Assembly (NCBI GenBank): GCA_010909165.1
Contig: MU008159.1
Coordinates: 1,364,001-1,428,000 of the forward strand
Direction of reading: 5' to 3'
Source: Anthoceros angustus
Taxonomy: Eukaryota; Plantae; Anthocerotophyta
Length of the DNA stretch: 64,000 nucleotides
This document shows positions 51,070 through 64,000 of the stretch, piece after piece. A program made the position numbers and the translations under genes. The notes below the pieces were generated by a model. The model made no database searches and was not told where the DNA came from. It worked only from the letters and a program-made list of their open reading frames with translations. Each line of letters opens with the position of its first letter. Within the stretch, counting starts at the first letter, position 1.

Positions 51070-54000
51070 GTGCGATTTTGGGCTCCTCCTCCACTTCACA
51101 CTAAGTTGGACGAGGAGAAGGAGAAGAAAGTGAAGGAAGAGTGTAGATCGCCATCGCCATCGCCATCGCCGCGCCAAGAAGAAGAGCCCAAGGAAATGAG
51201 GAAAGAGAGAGAGCCCCACCGAGCGGCGAGCGAAGAGGAAGACATCCAAGATCCCGGAGCGTGGGAGCGAGCTCGGCAAGAGGAGGCCAAAGTGTCAGAG
51301 CGGAGCGCCGAAACATAGGTTGGAGCATCGAAAGTGTGGGGACCGAGGAAGTCGAAAAGGTGAAGGAGCCCCGACAATCGGCCGCCTGAAGTCGCGAGAG
51401 GAAATTGGTGGCACTGGAGACTCAAACCGGCTAACGTGGCCGCAGGAGAGCGTGTTACCACAACAAGGAAGAGGTGCGAGGTGTGAATTTTGAAGCTCCT
51501 GCTGGAAGTAATTTCCTTCCTTTGAAGCACTTGAGAGGAGCCAAGCACCATGCCTCGAGCTGGAAAGGCAAGGGAAGGAGCTCAAGGAGGAAGAAGGAAA
51601 GCAGAGTCGCCGCTGGGGAAATGAGCTTGTAATGCCCCACCCCACTTTTTTGGCAGCTCAACCCCGTGATTTAGTGATTTCTAAGGGGCGAGGAGGATAA
51701 CATCCAATTGGGATGGGTGTATGGCCGCAATGGGCCTACACCAATTTGGAATTGATTGAGGAGTGTTCATCAACCTCCATCAATCGAGGCAGCCCTTGCC
51801 GCACGGAAGGAATGCTCGAACGGATCCTCACTGGACCGTAAGGAGCATTCGGCAGGTGTGTAGGGAGACCGGAGGAAGAGAGCTCGAATTGCTCTCTCGA
51901 AAGGTCGAATGGAGGGAAGAGGACGGCCCTCTCCGAATTCCGCAAGAGTTCCTCGACATGATGGATGGAGTGAAGGCCCACGCCAAGAATGGCTGGAAGA
52001 CAGAGCATCAAGGAGTCAAGTGGAGGCTCTTGCAAAGATTGTGTTGGTTGGTAATTACCAACGGACTTCTTATTTCAAAGACCAACTTCCTCCAATTTTG
52101 TGGAAGATTTCCATGGGAGCCAAGCCGATTGGGGAACAATTATGTATGAGGCCTACATCCACCACCGGAGAAGCTCCTCAAGCCAAATTCGTGGATGAGG
52201 AAGGGCCAAGGCCTCTACCTTAGCACCTATTTGGTGCATTTGTGGGAAACCGAGGGACTTCTCACAAGCAAGGAGTTGAAGATGCTTGGCATCCTTCTGA
52301 GATAATCCATCTCCAGCTTGGAAAGGCCTTGCCTTTGCATTGAGGAAGACATGGGAGGTCGACTCCACAAGCATGCTAGAGCAAGGAGGAAGATGAGGCA
52401 ACAAGGTTGCCGAGTGGGAATTTCCCACAAGAGCAAGGAGGAGGAGAAGAGCAACCGCCGAGGAAGGCCAATGGTAGTCTATGAGAGGAGGACTACCACA
52501 GAGGGGTGATGCAAGGGTGGGGAGTCCCCACCATCATGGGTGCCTAGAAGAGCCCCACCAAAGGAGGGGCACTAGTGGCGCCACCACCACTGGTGGGGAG
52601 GCGGAGGAGCACCACAAGAGCAAGGAGGAGGAGCACCACAAGAAGAAGAGGCACCCCACGCCCAGAAGCAGCCTACGCAGGGAAGGGAAGGAGAAGGAGA
52701 AGGAGAAGGTCAGAGAGAGCCCCACCACCACTGGTGGGAGAGCGGATGGAGCGACAGGGACCCGCACCGCTGGCGGCCCTGAGTGCAAGGAGCTGGAAAT
52801 TTCCAAAGAAGAGGGGGGAATTAGGACCCCTAGGAGAATTGGCCGAGTGCTTGTGAAGCACTCACTGTGGATTTGAAGGGGCTAGGAGCTAGCAGCCTCC
52901 TTGTGGGCATGCCAAGAGGAAGTCAAAGCCCAAGACATGGCCGGAGGAAGGCAGGACCAAATGGCAATTGGAGGCCATGGAGTCCGACGAGAAGGCAGCC
53001 AAGTTGGAGAAGGTCAGAGAGAAGCTCCAACGACCATCAATAGCGAGAAGGTCCTGAGGAAGGTTGTCACAAAAGAGAGAGAGCCATTCGGGCAACAACC
53101 CAAAGGGATTCATGGAGGCAAAGGCGGAGGAGCATTTTGCCCAATTAGAGCAAGAAGAAGACGGCGCAGCCGAGGAAAGAGAGAGAGCCCCACCGAGCGT
53201 GTGGAGCGGAAGAGGAAGACATCCAAGATCCCGGAGCGTGGGAGTTTTCGAGCTCGGTGCAACCGTGAGGAGCGCCAGCGGGTGTCAGAGGCGAGGAAAG
53301 CCATAGGTTGGAGCATCGAAAGTGTGGGGACCGAGGAAGTCAAAAGGTGAAGGAGCCCCGATTGCTTCACCGGGCGGCGCCCGCCTGAAGTCAAGAGGAA
53401 ATTGGTGGCACTGGAAGATCAAACTGTGGCTAACGTGCTGCAGGGAGAGCGTGTTACCACAACAAGGAAGAGGCCGAGGTGTGGAATTTTGAAGCCTGCT
53501 GGGAAGTAATTTCCTTTGAAGCACTTGAGAGGAGCCAAGCACCATGCCTCGAGCTGGAAAGGCAAGGGAAGGAGCCGCCAAGGGTAAGGCAGGCAGGAGG
53601 TCGCGCCGCTGGGGAAATGAGCTTGTAATGCCCCAATTTACGTGTTTTGGTGGCAGCTCAACCCCGTGATTTAGTGGATTTCAGCGAGGAGGATAACATC
53701 CAATTGGGATGGGTGTATGGCCGCAATGGGCCTACACCAATTTGGAATTGATTGAGGAGTGTTCATCAATCTCCATCAATCGAGGCAGCCCTGCCGCAGC
53801 CGAAAGGAATGCTCGAACGGATCCTCGCCGCTGGACCGTAAGGAGCATTCGGCATGTATGGAGACCGAGGAAGAAAGCTCGAATTGCTCTCTCGAAAGGT
53901 CGAATGGAGGGAAGAGGACGCCCTTCCGCAAGAGTTCCTCGACATGATGGAGGAGTGAAGGCCCACGCCAAGAATGGCCGAGAGCATCAAGGAGTCAAGT

Positions 54001-57000
54001 GGAGGCTCTTGCAAAGATTGTGCGGAATTACCAACGGACTTTATTTCAAAGACCAACTTCCTCCGTGGAAGATTTCATGGGAGCCAAGCCGATTGGGGAA
54101 CAATTATGTATGAAGGCCTACATCCACCACCGGAGAAGCTCCTCAAGCCAAATGGATGAGGAAGGGCCAGGCTCTACCTTAGCACCTATTTGGTGCATTT
54201 GTGGGAAACAGAGGGACTTCTCACAAGGAGTTGGAAGATGCTTGGCATCCTTCGAGAGAATATAATCCATCTCCAGCCAAGCTTGGAAAGGCCTTGCCTT
54301 TGCATTGAGGAAGACCATGGGAGGTCGACTCCACAAGCATGCTAGAGCAAGGGCGGAGGAAGTAGAGGCAACAAGGTTGCCGAGTGGAGGCCTTTTCCAC
54401 AAGAGCAAGGAGGAGGAGAAGAGCAAACCGCCGGAGGGCCAATGGTAGTCTATGAGAGGAGGACTACCACAGAGGGGTGATGCCCCAAGGGTGGGGAGTC
54501 CCCACCATCATGGGTGCCTAGGGAAGAGGAAGACCATGGGAGGTCGACTCCACAAGCATGCCAAGAGGAGGAGCACCACAAGAGCAAGGAGGTTCCAGAG
54601 GAGGAGCACCACCGCCAGGGCACCCCACCCGGTAGGTGCAGCCACGGGGGTAGGAAGGGAAGGAGAAGGGCGCCAAGCGCGCCAGCCACGCCATCACCCA
54701 CTGGTGGGAGAGCGGATGGGCGACGAGGGGGACTCCCACGCCGCTGATGGCCCGGAGGCAAGGGAGCTGGAGATTTCAAGAGGAAGGAATTAGCCCTTAG
54801 ATTTGCCGAGTGCTTGTGAAGCACTCACTGTGGATTTGAAGGGGCTAGGAACTAGCAGCCTCCTTGTGGGCTTGTCAGGAGGAAGTCAAGGCCCAAGACA
54901 TGGCCGGGAGGAAAGCAGGGACCAAATGGCAGCTGGAGGCCATGGAGTCCGACGAGAAGGCAGCCAAGTTGGAGAAGGCTTTAGAGAAGCTTCAGCGCGA
55001 CCTTGTGGATCAACGGCGCGCGGAGAAGGTCCTGGAGGGAAGGTTGTCACAGACAGAGGAGAGAGCCATTCGGGCGACAACCCAAAGGGACTCTTGGAGG
55101 CATATATGGAGCATTTTGCCCAATTAGAGCAAGAACGAAGGGCAAAACGAGGCTCTAGGAAGGAGAAGGTGGCGGTCCAAAGAAATGGAAAGTGAGTGAT
55201 GGCTACCAAGCCATCAAGATCCGGACATGGAGGAAGGCAGGACCAAATGGCAATTGGAGGAGAAGAGCAAGAAGCTCAAGACCAAGAATTGGAGCGAGCG
55301 AGAAGAATGCTTGGCAAGGAGAAGGAGAGGCTTGCCAAGCAATGGAATTGGAACAAAGGAGGTTCCAGAGGAGGAGCACCACAAGAAGGTGGTGCACAGG
55401 ATGCCGGGTAGTAAGGAAGGAAGATTTTGGGCGGACTATGCCCTTCGCAAAATTGGCCAACCACCAGGAAGCAAGGGAGGAGAATGTAACCTCCATGTCA
55501 AGGTGGGAGAATTGACCACCTCAAGAGATGCCTACAAGGGTAGGTGAAGATGGAGAGGCCATGGAGATTGATGATCTCCAAATGCAATATCATAGCTTGG
55601 GGCTCACCTCCACAACAGATTTTGAAGGCCAACAATGAAGATTTGCTTGGCCAAGAGGAGGACATTGGGTCCTCATGATGATGACAGAAGGAGCAAAAAG
55701 TGCAGCCAGAGGCCTCCGATTTTGATGAGGACATGGACTCCGAGGAGAGGAGACAGGAGAGAGGAGCGCCGAGCGCCAAAGGGAAGATGGCGCAAGAGCA
55801 AGGGAGGACCCCCACTGGGGTCACCCTACCATGGTAGGTGACCACCCACGCCCAGTAGTCCGCTGACTACCAGACAGTACCCGCGCCAGCCCCGCTGGGA
55901 GTCGGGCCGCGGAGGCCCCGGCAGGATGAAGGAGCCGGGGTCCAGAGTATACCCCTGAGGAGAGCTGAGGTGGTGGGAGAGACAACCCCACCGGAGAAGG
56001 AAGGAGAAAGGCGGGATTAGATCCGCCGAGGAAGGGAGGGGTGAGAAGTTCTCACCCCACGAGCAAGGGAAGGCCAGCTGTGAGAGGAGCCAACGAAAAG
56101 GCCCGGAGATTAGAGATCCACCAATGGGGATGAAGACTTTGAAGATGCTCTATGGTAGGTATGGACAAATCAAACAGAGGCAAAGAGCAATGGAGATCTT
56201 GACCAAGTCCTCACCGATGCGGAGAAGGAGAAAGGGGGACTACCATGGTAGGTCACCACCCGTAGTCCGCCGACTACCGCGTAGGGTGCGATGAACGGGC
56301 GCCACCAGCGGCGGAGGAAGAAAAGGCGAGCGTGGAGGGGGCGATTGGAGAGGAGAAGAGCAAGAACCGAGGAAGGCCGAATGGTAGTCTATGAGAGAGG
56401 ACTACCAGAGGGGTGATGCCCAAGGGTGGGGAGTCCCCACCATCATGGGTGCCTAGGAGAGGCACCCCACCAGAGGGGTGATGCCCAAGGGTGGGGGAGA
56501 CAACCCCACCATGGTAGGCGACTACCGCTGGGGGAGCACCCCACCAGGTAGGCACCCCACGCCAGAAGCACACGCAAAGGGAAGGAGAAGCAAGGGCGGA
56601 GGAAGGCGGCGCCGCCACCATCACCCCACTGGTGGGAGAGCGGATGGAGCGATGAGGGACCCACCGCCGATGGCCCGGAGTGCAAGGAGCTGGAAATTTC
56701 AAAGAAGGAAGGGGTGGAATTAGGACCCCTAGGAGAATTGGCCGAGTGCTTGTGAAGCACTCACTGTGGATTTGAAGGGGCTAGGAGAGCCTCCTTGTGG
56801 GCATGCCAAGAGGAAGTCAAGCCCAAGACATGGCCGAGAGGAGAGCAGGACCAAATGGCGGAGGCCATGGAGTCCGACGAGAAGGCAGCCAAGTTGGAGA
56901 AGGTCAGAGAGAAGCTCCAGCGACTCATGGATCAAGCGGAGAAGGTCCTGAGGAAGGTTGTCACAACAAGAAAGAGCCATTCGAACAACCCAAAGGGACT

Positions 57001-57900
57001 CTTGGAGGCAGTATGGAAGAGCATTTTGCCCAATTAGAGCAAGAGAAGGGCAAAGAGGCTCTAGGAGAAGGTGTCCAAATGGACGCCAAGAGCAGTGATG
57101 GCTACCCAAGCCATCAAAATCCGGACATGGACTCCGAGGAACTGAGGAGGAGGAGGGGCCGACGCCAAGGTGAAGATGGCGCAGAGCAAGAGGAGGGGGA
57201 CACCTCACAGGGGTCACCCTACCATGGTAGGTGACCACCCACGCCCAGTAGTCCGCTGACTACCAGACAGTACCCGCGCCAGCCCCGCTGGGAGTCGGGC
57301 CGCGGAGGCCCCGGCAGGATGAAGGAGCCGGGGTCCAGAGTATACCCCTGAGGAGAGCTGAGGTGGTGGGAGACAACCCCACCGAGATGGAGGAAGGAGA
57401 AAAGGCGGGATTAGATCCGCCGAGGAAGGGAGGGTGAGAAGTTCTCACCCCACGAGCAAGGGAAGGCCAGCTGTGAGAGGAGCCAACGAAAAGGCCCGGA
57501 GATTAGAGATCCACCAATGGGGATGAAGACTTTGAAGATGCTCTATGGTAGGTATGGACAACCAAACAGAAAAGAGCAATGGAGATCTTGACCAAGTCCT
57601 CACCGATGCGGAGAAGGAGAAAGGGCGACTACCATGGTAGGTCACCACCCCGTAGTCCGCCGACTACCGCGTAGGGTGCGATGAACGGGCGCCACCAGCG
57701 GCGGAGGAAGAAAAGGCGAGCGTGGAGGGGGCGATTGGAGAGGAGAAGAATTGGCGCCACCGAGATGGAGGAAGGGCAGATTGTACTTGCCCCACACATT
57801 AGGAAGACAAGATCCGGGGCAAGAGCAAAAGGAGGGCGAGGGAGCCAATCCACAAGGAACACGCCGCCACCCCAGGATAAGGACTAGAATGGTCAAAGAC
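51070..57900 (+). mobile_element. GA-rich, multiply duplicated, degenerate coding region of a probable large retroelement (accessory/gag-like ORF remnants)
   Basis: Blocks 51200-53170 and 53180-55140 are near-copies, and 55810-56360 recurs at 57200-57750. Charged/coiled-coil-like ORF fragments are present but no catalytic TE motif was recognised, so the TE identity is inference from context. Confidence 0.5.
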
Positions 57901-60900
57901 CATAAATGTTGAGTAGGAAAATAGAAGGATAGGTGTGTCGACATCCTTTAAGGATGATCTTAGGTGAAGTTAGAATAGAATTTACCAAGGATAAGATTAG
58001 ATGCCAGCCTTAAATGTCAAGGTAAAATAGAATATTGGAAAAGGTGACTGCAGAGGGTCACCCAAGGGAGGTTGTATGTGGAAGGCCTCCTATAAGAGGA
58101 GGAGGATTTCACAAAGTAAAGTATCACGCCTTGCGCCCATACTCGAGTCCTTTGCCATTACAGGAATTGGCCTGTGAGCCAACGCAGCGTCGGGTAGAGA
58201 GGAAGTCGCGGTCTGAGTGCTTGGTGGAGGACTTGCTCGCAAGTGCCTAAACGAGTTGCTCCCTTGTGAATGGTTGCTGTGAAATTGCTTTGCTTTGGGT
58301 GTGTGGCAATGCCTGTCCCTCGCTTGAGGGTAGACCATGTGAAAGACTCGGAGGTTCGCTCTGGTGTCAAACTCATAGCAACCGCCCAAGGAAGAACTTG
58401 CCGGTGGAGACCGACCTGTGCCAGCCGAAGGGCGAGTCGCCAAGAAGCCCGAATCGAGGTTAGAATAGGAGGAAGAGGATGAGGAGATGAGTAGAGGATT
58501 AGAGTGTAGGTGTTAGTGGAAGGCCACAGTGAGCCTAAGGGACGAATCCCAACTGCAAGTAAAAGAGCGCCCCGAGTGGAGAAGAGTGGTCTTAGAAGTA
58601 GGGACGAAATTGCGGTGTGGATCGGGGGTCCACAGGCGCCCGTGATAGGCTCGCTAAGGGACCTGCAATTGTGTTGTGTCGTCTGTAGGTCGAGGATTGG
58701 TGAGCAAGCAAGTGTGGTGCAGAAGAGGGTGAGTAGAGGGCGCCTTGCTCGCTTAGAAGGCTGAGAAGTTGTGTCTCGCAGTAGCGATCGGTCATCGCAA
58801 GGCCTCGAACTTTCACACAAGTCTCATGGGACGAAACCCAACGACGGCTTTAACAAAGTGGCAAGTGGGTACGCAGAGTGGGAGGATCTCGGAGCCCGGT
58901 TTTCCCTACGATAGACGAGACAGCTCTACTGACGCCATGAGGGGCGGTGACACCGCCTCCAACCTTTGCAAAGGATCCTTGATGGCCATCAACAGATTTC
59001 TAGTTGTGCACCAAGATGGAGACATGAACACACGCCTGTGGTGCTAACTACCACCCACGCCCATTTAGGTTTCCGACGGAAGCTAGCTCCAGATACGCCA
59101 ACATGTCCACATACATGGCATAAGGTAGCAGGAGAGCGCCAGTGTGCATGTTTCACTGAAGATGTGCTCGCCACAGAGGATGACCAAGAGAAAGGTAGTA
59201 GCGTGAAGAGGGCAAGGTGGTGACATTTAAAGCGGACCACCACCTTCTACCACTTGTGCCCCAGCCACATCGGGTTGCGGATGAGGATCTTGAATTTCAA
59301 CGCTTTACATGTGACAAACCAAACATGGCTTTGATGGTCACCAACAAAGGACGATTGACGGTAAATGCAATGAGTGTGAAGTCGAGGCTACCGCGCCATA
59401 GAGGAGCGAATGCTAAGTTTGTTTTCATGTCTCCTAAGGGCTGGAAACTTTGATGACGGCGACGCCATAGTGACGCCGAGTCGCCACCCTAGCATGGTGC
59501 CGACGGCGTGAATACATTATACGCTCGCCATGTGACGCGATGATTGGTGGAGAGCGTAATGGGAGTCTCGAACGATGGACATCATTATCTAGGAGAACGG
59601 AATTGGCATATATATGGCAAATTCACATACTGACGGTCCTTCATTCATGGCATAATGAAAGGGGCATTTAGTTTGCTTGAATGGCTCTCACGCCACCCAC
59701 CGCCCTTGCACAATGGTGTAGATGTTGATATAGATTATTACCAAACAAGGAATGGCCCGGCTCAAACGACCTTCTCGACATGGCATGTTTTCTTCCATGC
59801 CATGAGTTTTCAATTATTCTAATGGCTTGCACCCACCTTCCTTGGACCATGGTGGAGGGGAGAATTTTATTTGAGAGAAAGGGAACCATTGTCCTTGGTT
59901 CATGGCAAGTTGTAAGATGGCCATGACCTTGTCATGGCATGGCACTTCCTTGGTCATCGCCACTCAAATCGCATTGCAAACACTTGTCCTTGGGTCACGA
60001 AATGGTCATAAAAACCGGGACTATATATGGCATGCATGGAGGAATGGCATACGTGGACAAGGAAGGTTTGTGCAGTGCACAAACACGGCAGCGGAAGGTG
60101 GCATGGCAAGGCAAGGAGCTAGTTGGCATGGCATGCCACGTAGTCCCCTTCTTCACCCCGCTGGTTTGGGACGTTGACTTTGAATATTTGTCTGAGGCTA
60201 TTCGCTAAAGCCTGCAACAAATCCCGACCATCCGTGCCTTGGATGTCGGTGCCCAAAAGGGCCTGGCAGGAGAGGAGGGGCCCATCGACACCGCTGCTAC
60301 GGCCGATAGTGAGAGGCCGAAGCCGGAAAATGGCCAAGAGCACGAGACCTACGGTGCCGACAAAGCAAGACAACGCTTGGATGGAAGCACTAAGGATGGT
60401 CCTAGCTGCAAGTGAGGTGGGCACGCATGTGGAGAATGCGGATTCGATCAAGTGGAGAGGGTGGATGATAATCGCGTGGAGCGGAGGCGGCGAGAGAGGT
60501 GCCGGGGCTGAGGGAGCAACTTCCAACAGAAGGGGAGTCTGCCAAAGAGGAGGACCGAGAGAAAGCGGCCGCAAGGGGAGTGGGTGTCTCTAATAGGTGG
60601 GAGCTACTGAGCCGCGCAGGAGAGAATCAAAACTGTGAGGAGGAATCGCCAGGCCGTGACATCCGGAGGGGAGGAGGAATTTGGCGTGAGTCCGAGAAAG
60701 AGGACTGGTGATCGGGAGGAGCATGGTGGTGCCGCCCAAGAGGCCGACCGTGGTCAAGAGAGAGAGGCCATTGGTCTTGTGGACCTTCCGCTCGGATGGC
60801 GGACAACCCCAACAACGTGGGAGGAGGATGCCTGTGGAGGGGAGGAAACTGCTGCCCTGGGAGTGGAGACTGCCCACCGGAGGAGGCGGTTGCGAGGCGG

Positions 60901-61361
60901 CCAAGGAACGCGTGCATATGATGGTCAGGAGGACGGTGAGGAGAAGGACACCAGTGGCAGCAATGATGGGGAAAGCGCGAGCGAGGAGGCATGTGGAGAT
61001 GGCGATGATGAGGTGGAGATGACATACCGACTACATTGCCACTACACCGAAATTGAGAATTGATGGAGCTTGGCGTAAGCCACTAGACGACGCCATTGCC
61101 GTGTTGTGCAGCCGATGGGCGTGGTGGAGGTACATGGCCGTGAGCCGATGCATGGAGGTTGGGTGGAGAATGAGGAGTTGACTCACCGACGTGGTGATAT
61201 GTAGGACGTGAGCTCTAAGTGATGTGTGTGCATGACTGTGGAAGAAGGGGAAGGGAAAGTGGAAGGTGAAGGCCATGTCAGAAGGAAGGCACATACTAGT
61301 GGAGAGAAGGAAGATGGAGGAAAGGTGGCAAATGGGGGCGCCACTGGCCAAGGATGTTGGA

Positions 61362-64000
61362 GGTCCGTGGCCCAAGGAGGGTCTGTGGCCCAAGTGAGGC
61401 CTGGCCCAAGAGAGGTCTGTGGCTCGAGAGAGGAGGATCTGTGGGAACATCTTGCGGGGTGGTGTATGAGGTCCTAGAAGAAAAGGGGTGAGTGAGTCGT
61501 TGTGTGAAGGTCTAGGAAGTGGTGAGCGAGTCCGGAAAACGCGAACGCGAGGAAGGTTGGGAATAAATTGTGGGGTCGAAATCGACGAGTGAGGTACCGC
61601 TGACGCGGCGTGGTGTGCATCCACCCTGAGCTCGGGTGTGAATCCACATGAGTGTGACTTGGTGTACATGTAAACTTGTGTGCATAGGACCATAGCCCTT
61701 AACGAGCGTAGCAGGGGAACCGGCGCCAATAGTCGATCGCGACACGCCGCGCGGTCGGGTGGGTCCCACCATTGGTCGGACCGCCCACCGCGATGGCCGA
61801 ACCCACCACGCGGTGGTTTAACCTTACCACGGTGGCGGAACCCACCACGGCGGTGGCGGAACCCACCACGCGGTGGCGGAACCCACCACGGCGGTGGCGG
61901 AACCCAATTACGTGGCGGAACCCACCACGGCGGGGCGAACCCACCACTGCGGTGGCGGAACCCACCACGGCGGTGGCGGAACCCACCGCGGTGGCCAAAA
62001 CCCACCACGGCGTGGCCGAACTTATCACGCCGTGGGGTTGAACACTAGTTGATTATGGTCGGGTAGGAATCATTGTAGGAGGACTAGAATCCATAGTTTT
62101 GGAACATCTTGACACAAAACCATTCCCTTGGGATCGAATCCTAGGACTATAACGACATAGAGGGTAAATGTGGCCTCCTTGCCTTTGGATGCCAAAACCA
62201 TTCCACAAAGGTGCCAGCCATGAGTCTCTACTGCCGAATTCAAGGTCGTTATTGAAAAGCTTTGTTTGCAAAGGCCCAAAGCAGTTGTCATTTACTCCTC
62301 TTGGTCGGACATACACTACGTGCACATACTTACCCATAATCACAACAATTTTCCACCACAACCTCGGCACTTTGGGAGCAAGTTTCATGTCCCATTGGTT
62401 ACTGTCAGACGTTACTCATGATGTATTATATTGCCCACATGGCACACCGCCTCAATGCGCCCATTAATGTGATTTTACCATTAATCATCGCCTTCCATCG
62501 ACCAAAGATTTCCTTGTGCATCCGTGGAGGAGGAGACAATAGACTATAGCAATCGCGGCAAACCAATCACCATACATGGTTTATTCCACTTTCAAGACGC
62601 GTGACTCGGCGACGTGAGCAGTGATTTGTCATGTCCGGGTCATGGAGGGCACCAAACCATACCCATCCATTCCACCGGCGCATAAGACAGATCATCGAGT
62701 TTTATTGCGATGCATGGGAAGTACAAGTAGTGATCAAGGATGAAGGACTTTCTTATCCCAATGTTTAATTACTTGAAGCATATGTCCCCACATTGTGAGG
62801 TATAAACCGTCCCTGTTCACACGACGACCGCCGTGCCCCGAGACCAAGACTGACGCGCCTCCATACCACAGTCCTGATGGCCGACGAGGGAGAGCAACCT
62901 CCCATCCATCATCCTCAATGGCCATCGCCGCTGATGTGGAATTGCAGCCCTTGTCCAATGGCCATCGCTGGTTTCCACCACTGTGCAACAATAATGTGCA
63001 CACACTTCAATGATCCATCAAATGCATACAGTCGCAAATGGAAGGTGGCGGTTTGACTTATGGATTCCACAAACACTTTAGCCTGCAGCATGGACTTGTA
63101 GGCGATCAGGCCAAAAAAAAGTGTATACATCCGGCGGCTCACACCAACCCCCACCCATACTGTGTGGTCACTGCACCATGCCCGCACCATGTGGAAGGAA
63201 CCACCGCCACCGAACGGCAAGTCCCCACGAGGAGATAGTGGAACGCAAAAGTTTGGGCAACCACAAAAGAGCCATGAGATGAACAAATTTGATTTTTTTT
63301 GGCTAAAAACGATTGAAGAGGGGTGTTGAGAATTTTCTCAAGAAGCTTGAGCTAGAGTTGTAGGATATTGTTAGGAAGGCAGCGAGGATATCCTGTGAAA
63401 AGAACGGGTCAAAACGACTTTGACGAAGGCAGAGGGCAACCAAAGGTTGGTAGGTCGACTACCACCGTAGGTCGCCACCCCACGCCGGTAGGCTGAGAAA
63501 GGGAGCGCATTACCGCATGTAAGTCGCGACTACCGTGGTAGGTCGACAATCTCGCTAAAAGGAAATTAGAATAGGGGATATCCACTATATATGCTCACCA
63601 ATAGGGAATAGATGAATAGGATTAATTAGAAGGTAATTGATCGGGATATGCATAGGGTAGGAAATAGGAAATTAGGAATTTAGGAATGGGAAACCCAATC
63701 TAGGGTTACGAGGCCTCCAGGTGGCAGACATCTAAAGAGGGCAAAGTGCGATTTTGGCGCTCCTCCTCCACTTCGCGACGGACTGAAGTTGGGACGTAAG
63801 GAGAAGGAGAAGAAAGTGAAGGAAGAGTGTAGATCCATCGCCATCGCCGCTGCCGCTCACACAAGAAGAAGAGACGCTGAGCCGAGGAAGAGAGAGAGCC
63901 CCACCGAGGGAGCGAAGAGGAAGACATCCAAAGATCCCGGAGCGTGGGAGTTTCGAGCTCGGCAACCGTGAGGAGCGCCAAATGCCTCAGAGGCGGAGTT
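61362..64000. repeat. Copy 2 of the large repeat (no Copia insertion; runs off the window end), including a second 21 bp array at ~61790-62030
   Basis: Colinear with 42065-43790 and 50263-51330; the Copia target site appears once, as gcagcccttgtccaatgg at ~62945-62960. Confidence 0.85.

Larger units (their letters stand above)
42065..51330. repeat. Copy 1 of a large dispersed repeat (probable LTR/leader of a large retroelement), interrupted by the Copia insertion and a ~770 bp tandem duplication (43199-43980 / 43975-44770)
   Basis: Colinear similarity of 42065-43790 and 50263-51330 with 61362-64000. Confidence 0.8.

Noticed and set aside
59500-60200. Ulp1/C48 protease-like remnant (similar hint at ~43200-43560)
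   Set aside because: Only vague motif echoes across frameshifts; the catalytic His/Asp/Cys pattern could not be established.

Overview
Eukaryotic nuclear DNA from a seed-free land plant with a compact genome (inferred from ~60-120 nt GT-AG introns, PLS-type PPR motifs and a basal-body-type centrin; hornwort/lycophyte-like, not provable here). Bases ~1.4-20.3 kb form a dense gene island: decayed PPR and SEN1-like helicase fragments, intact DPH5, ALG6, an AT4G00585/COX7c-like small mitochondrial protein, a DUF3082-like protein, STN1, two kinase-less USP-like paralogs flanking an unidentified multi-exon gene, and centrin (with apparent frameshifts in homopolymers). From ~20 kb to the end the window is a transposon nest: an RLE-type (CRE-like) non-LTR retroelement 3' fragment; a complete CACTA element (TIRs, CAT target duplication) carrying an intron-containing DNA polymerase alpha fragment; a Gypsy gag/integrase remnant; a second CACTA (ATG target duplication); a rearranged Copia element (CCTTG target duplication); and a large GA-rich repeat unit that recurs at ~42 kb and ~61 kb. 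Several ~0.6-2 kb tandem duplications, four with 5-10 bp microhomology at the junction and copies differing by many 1-nt indels, may be biological or long-read assembly artefacts. No rRNA, tRNA or CRISPR array was seen. All identifications are from manual reading and recall of protein families; no database search was run.
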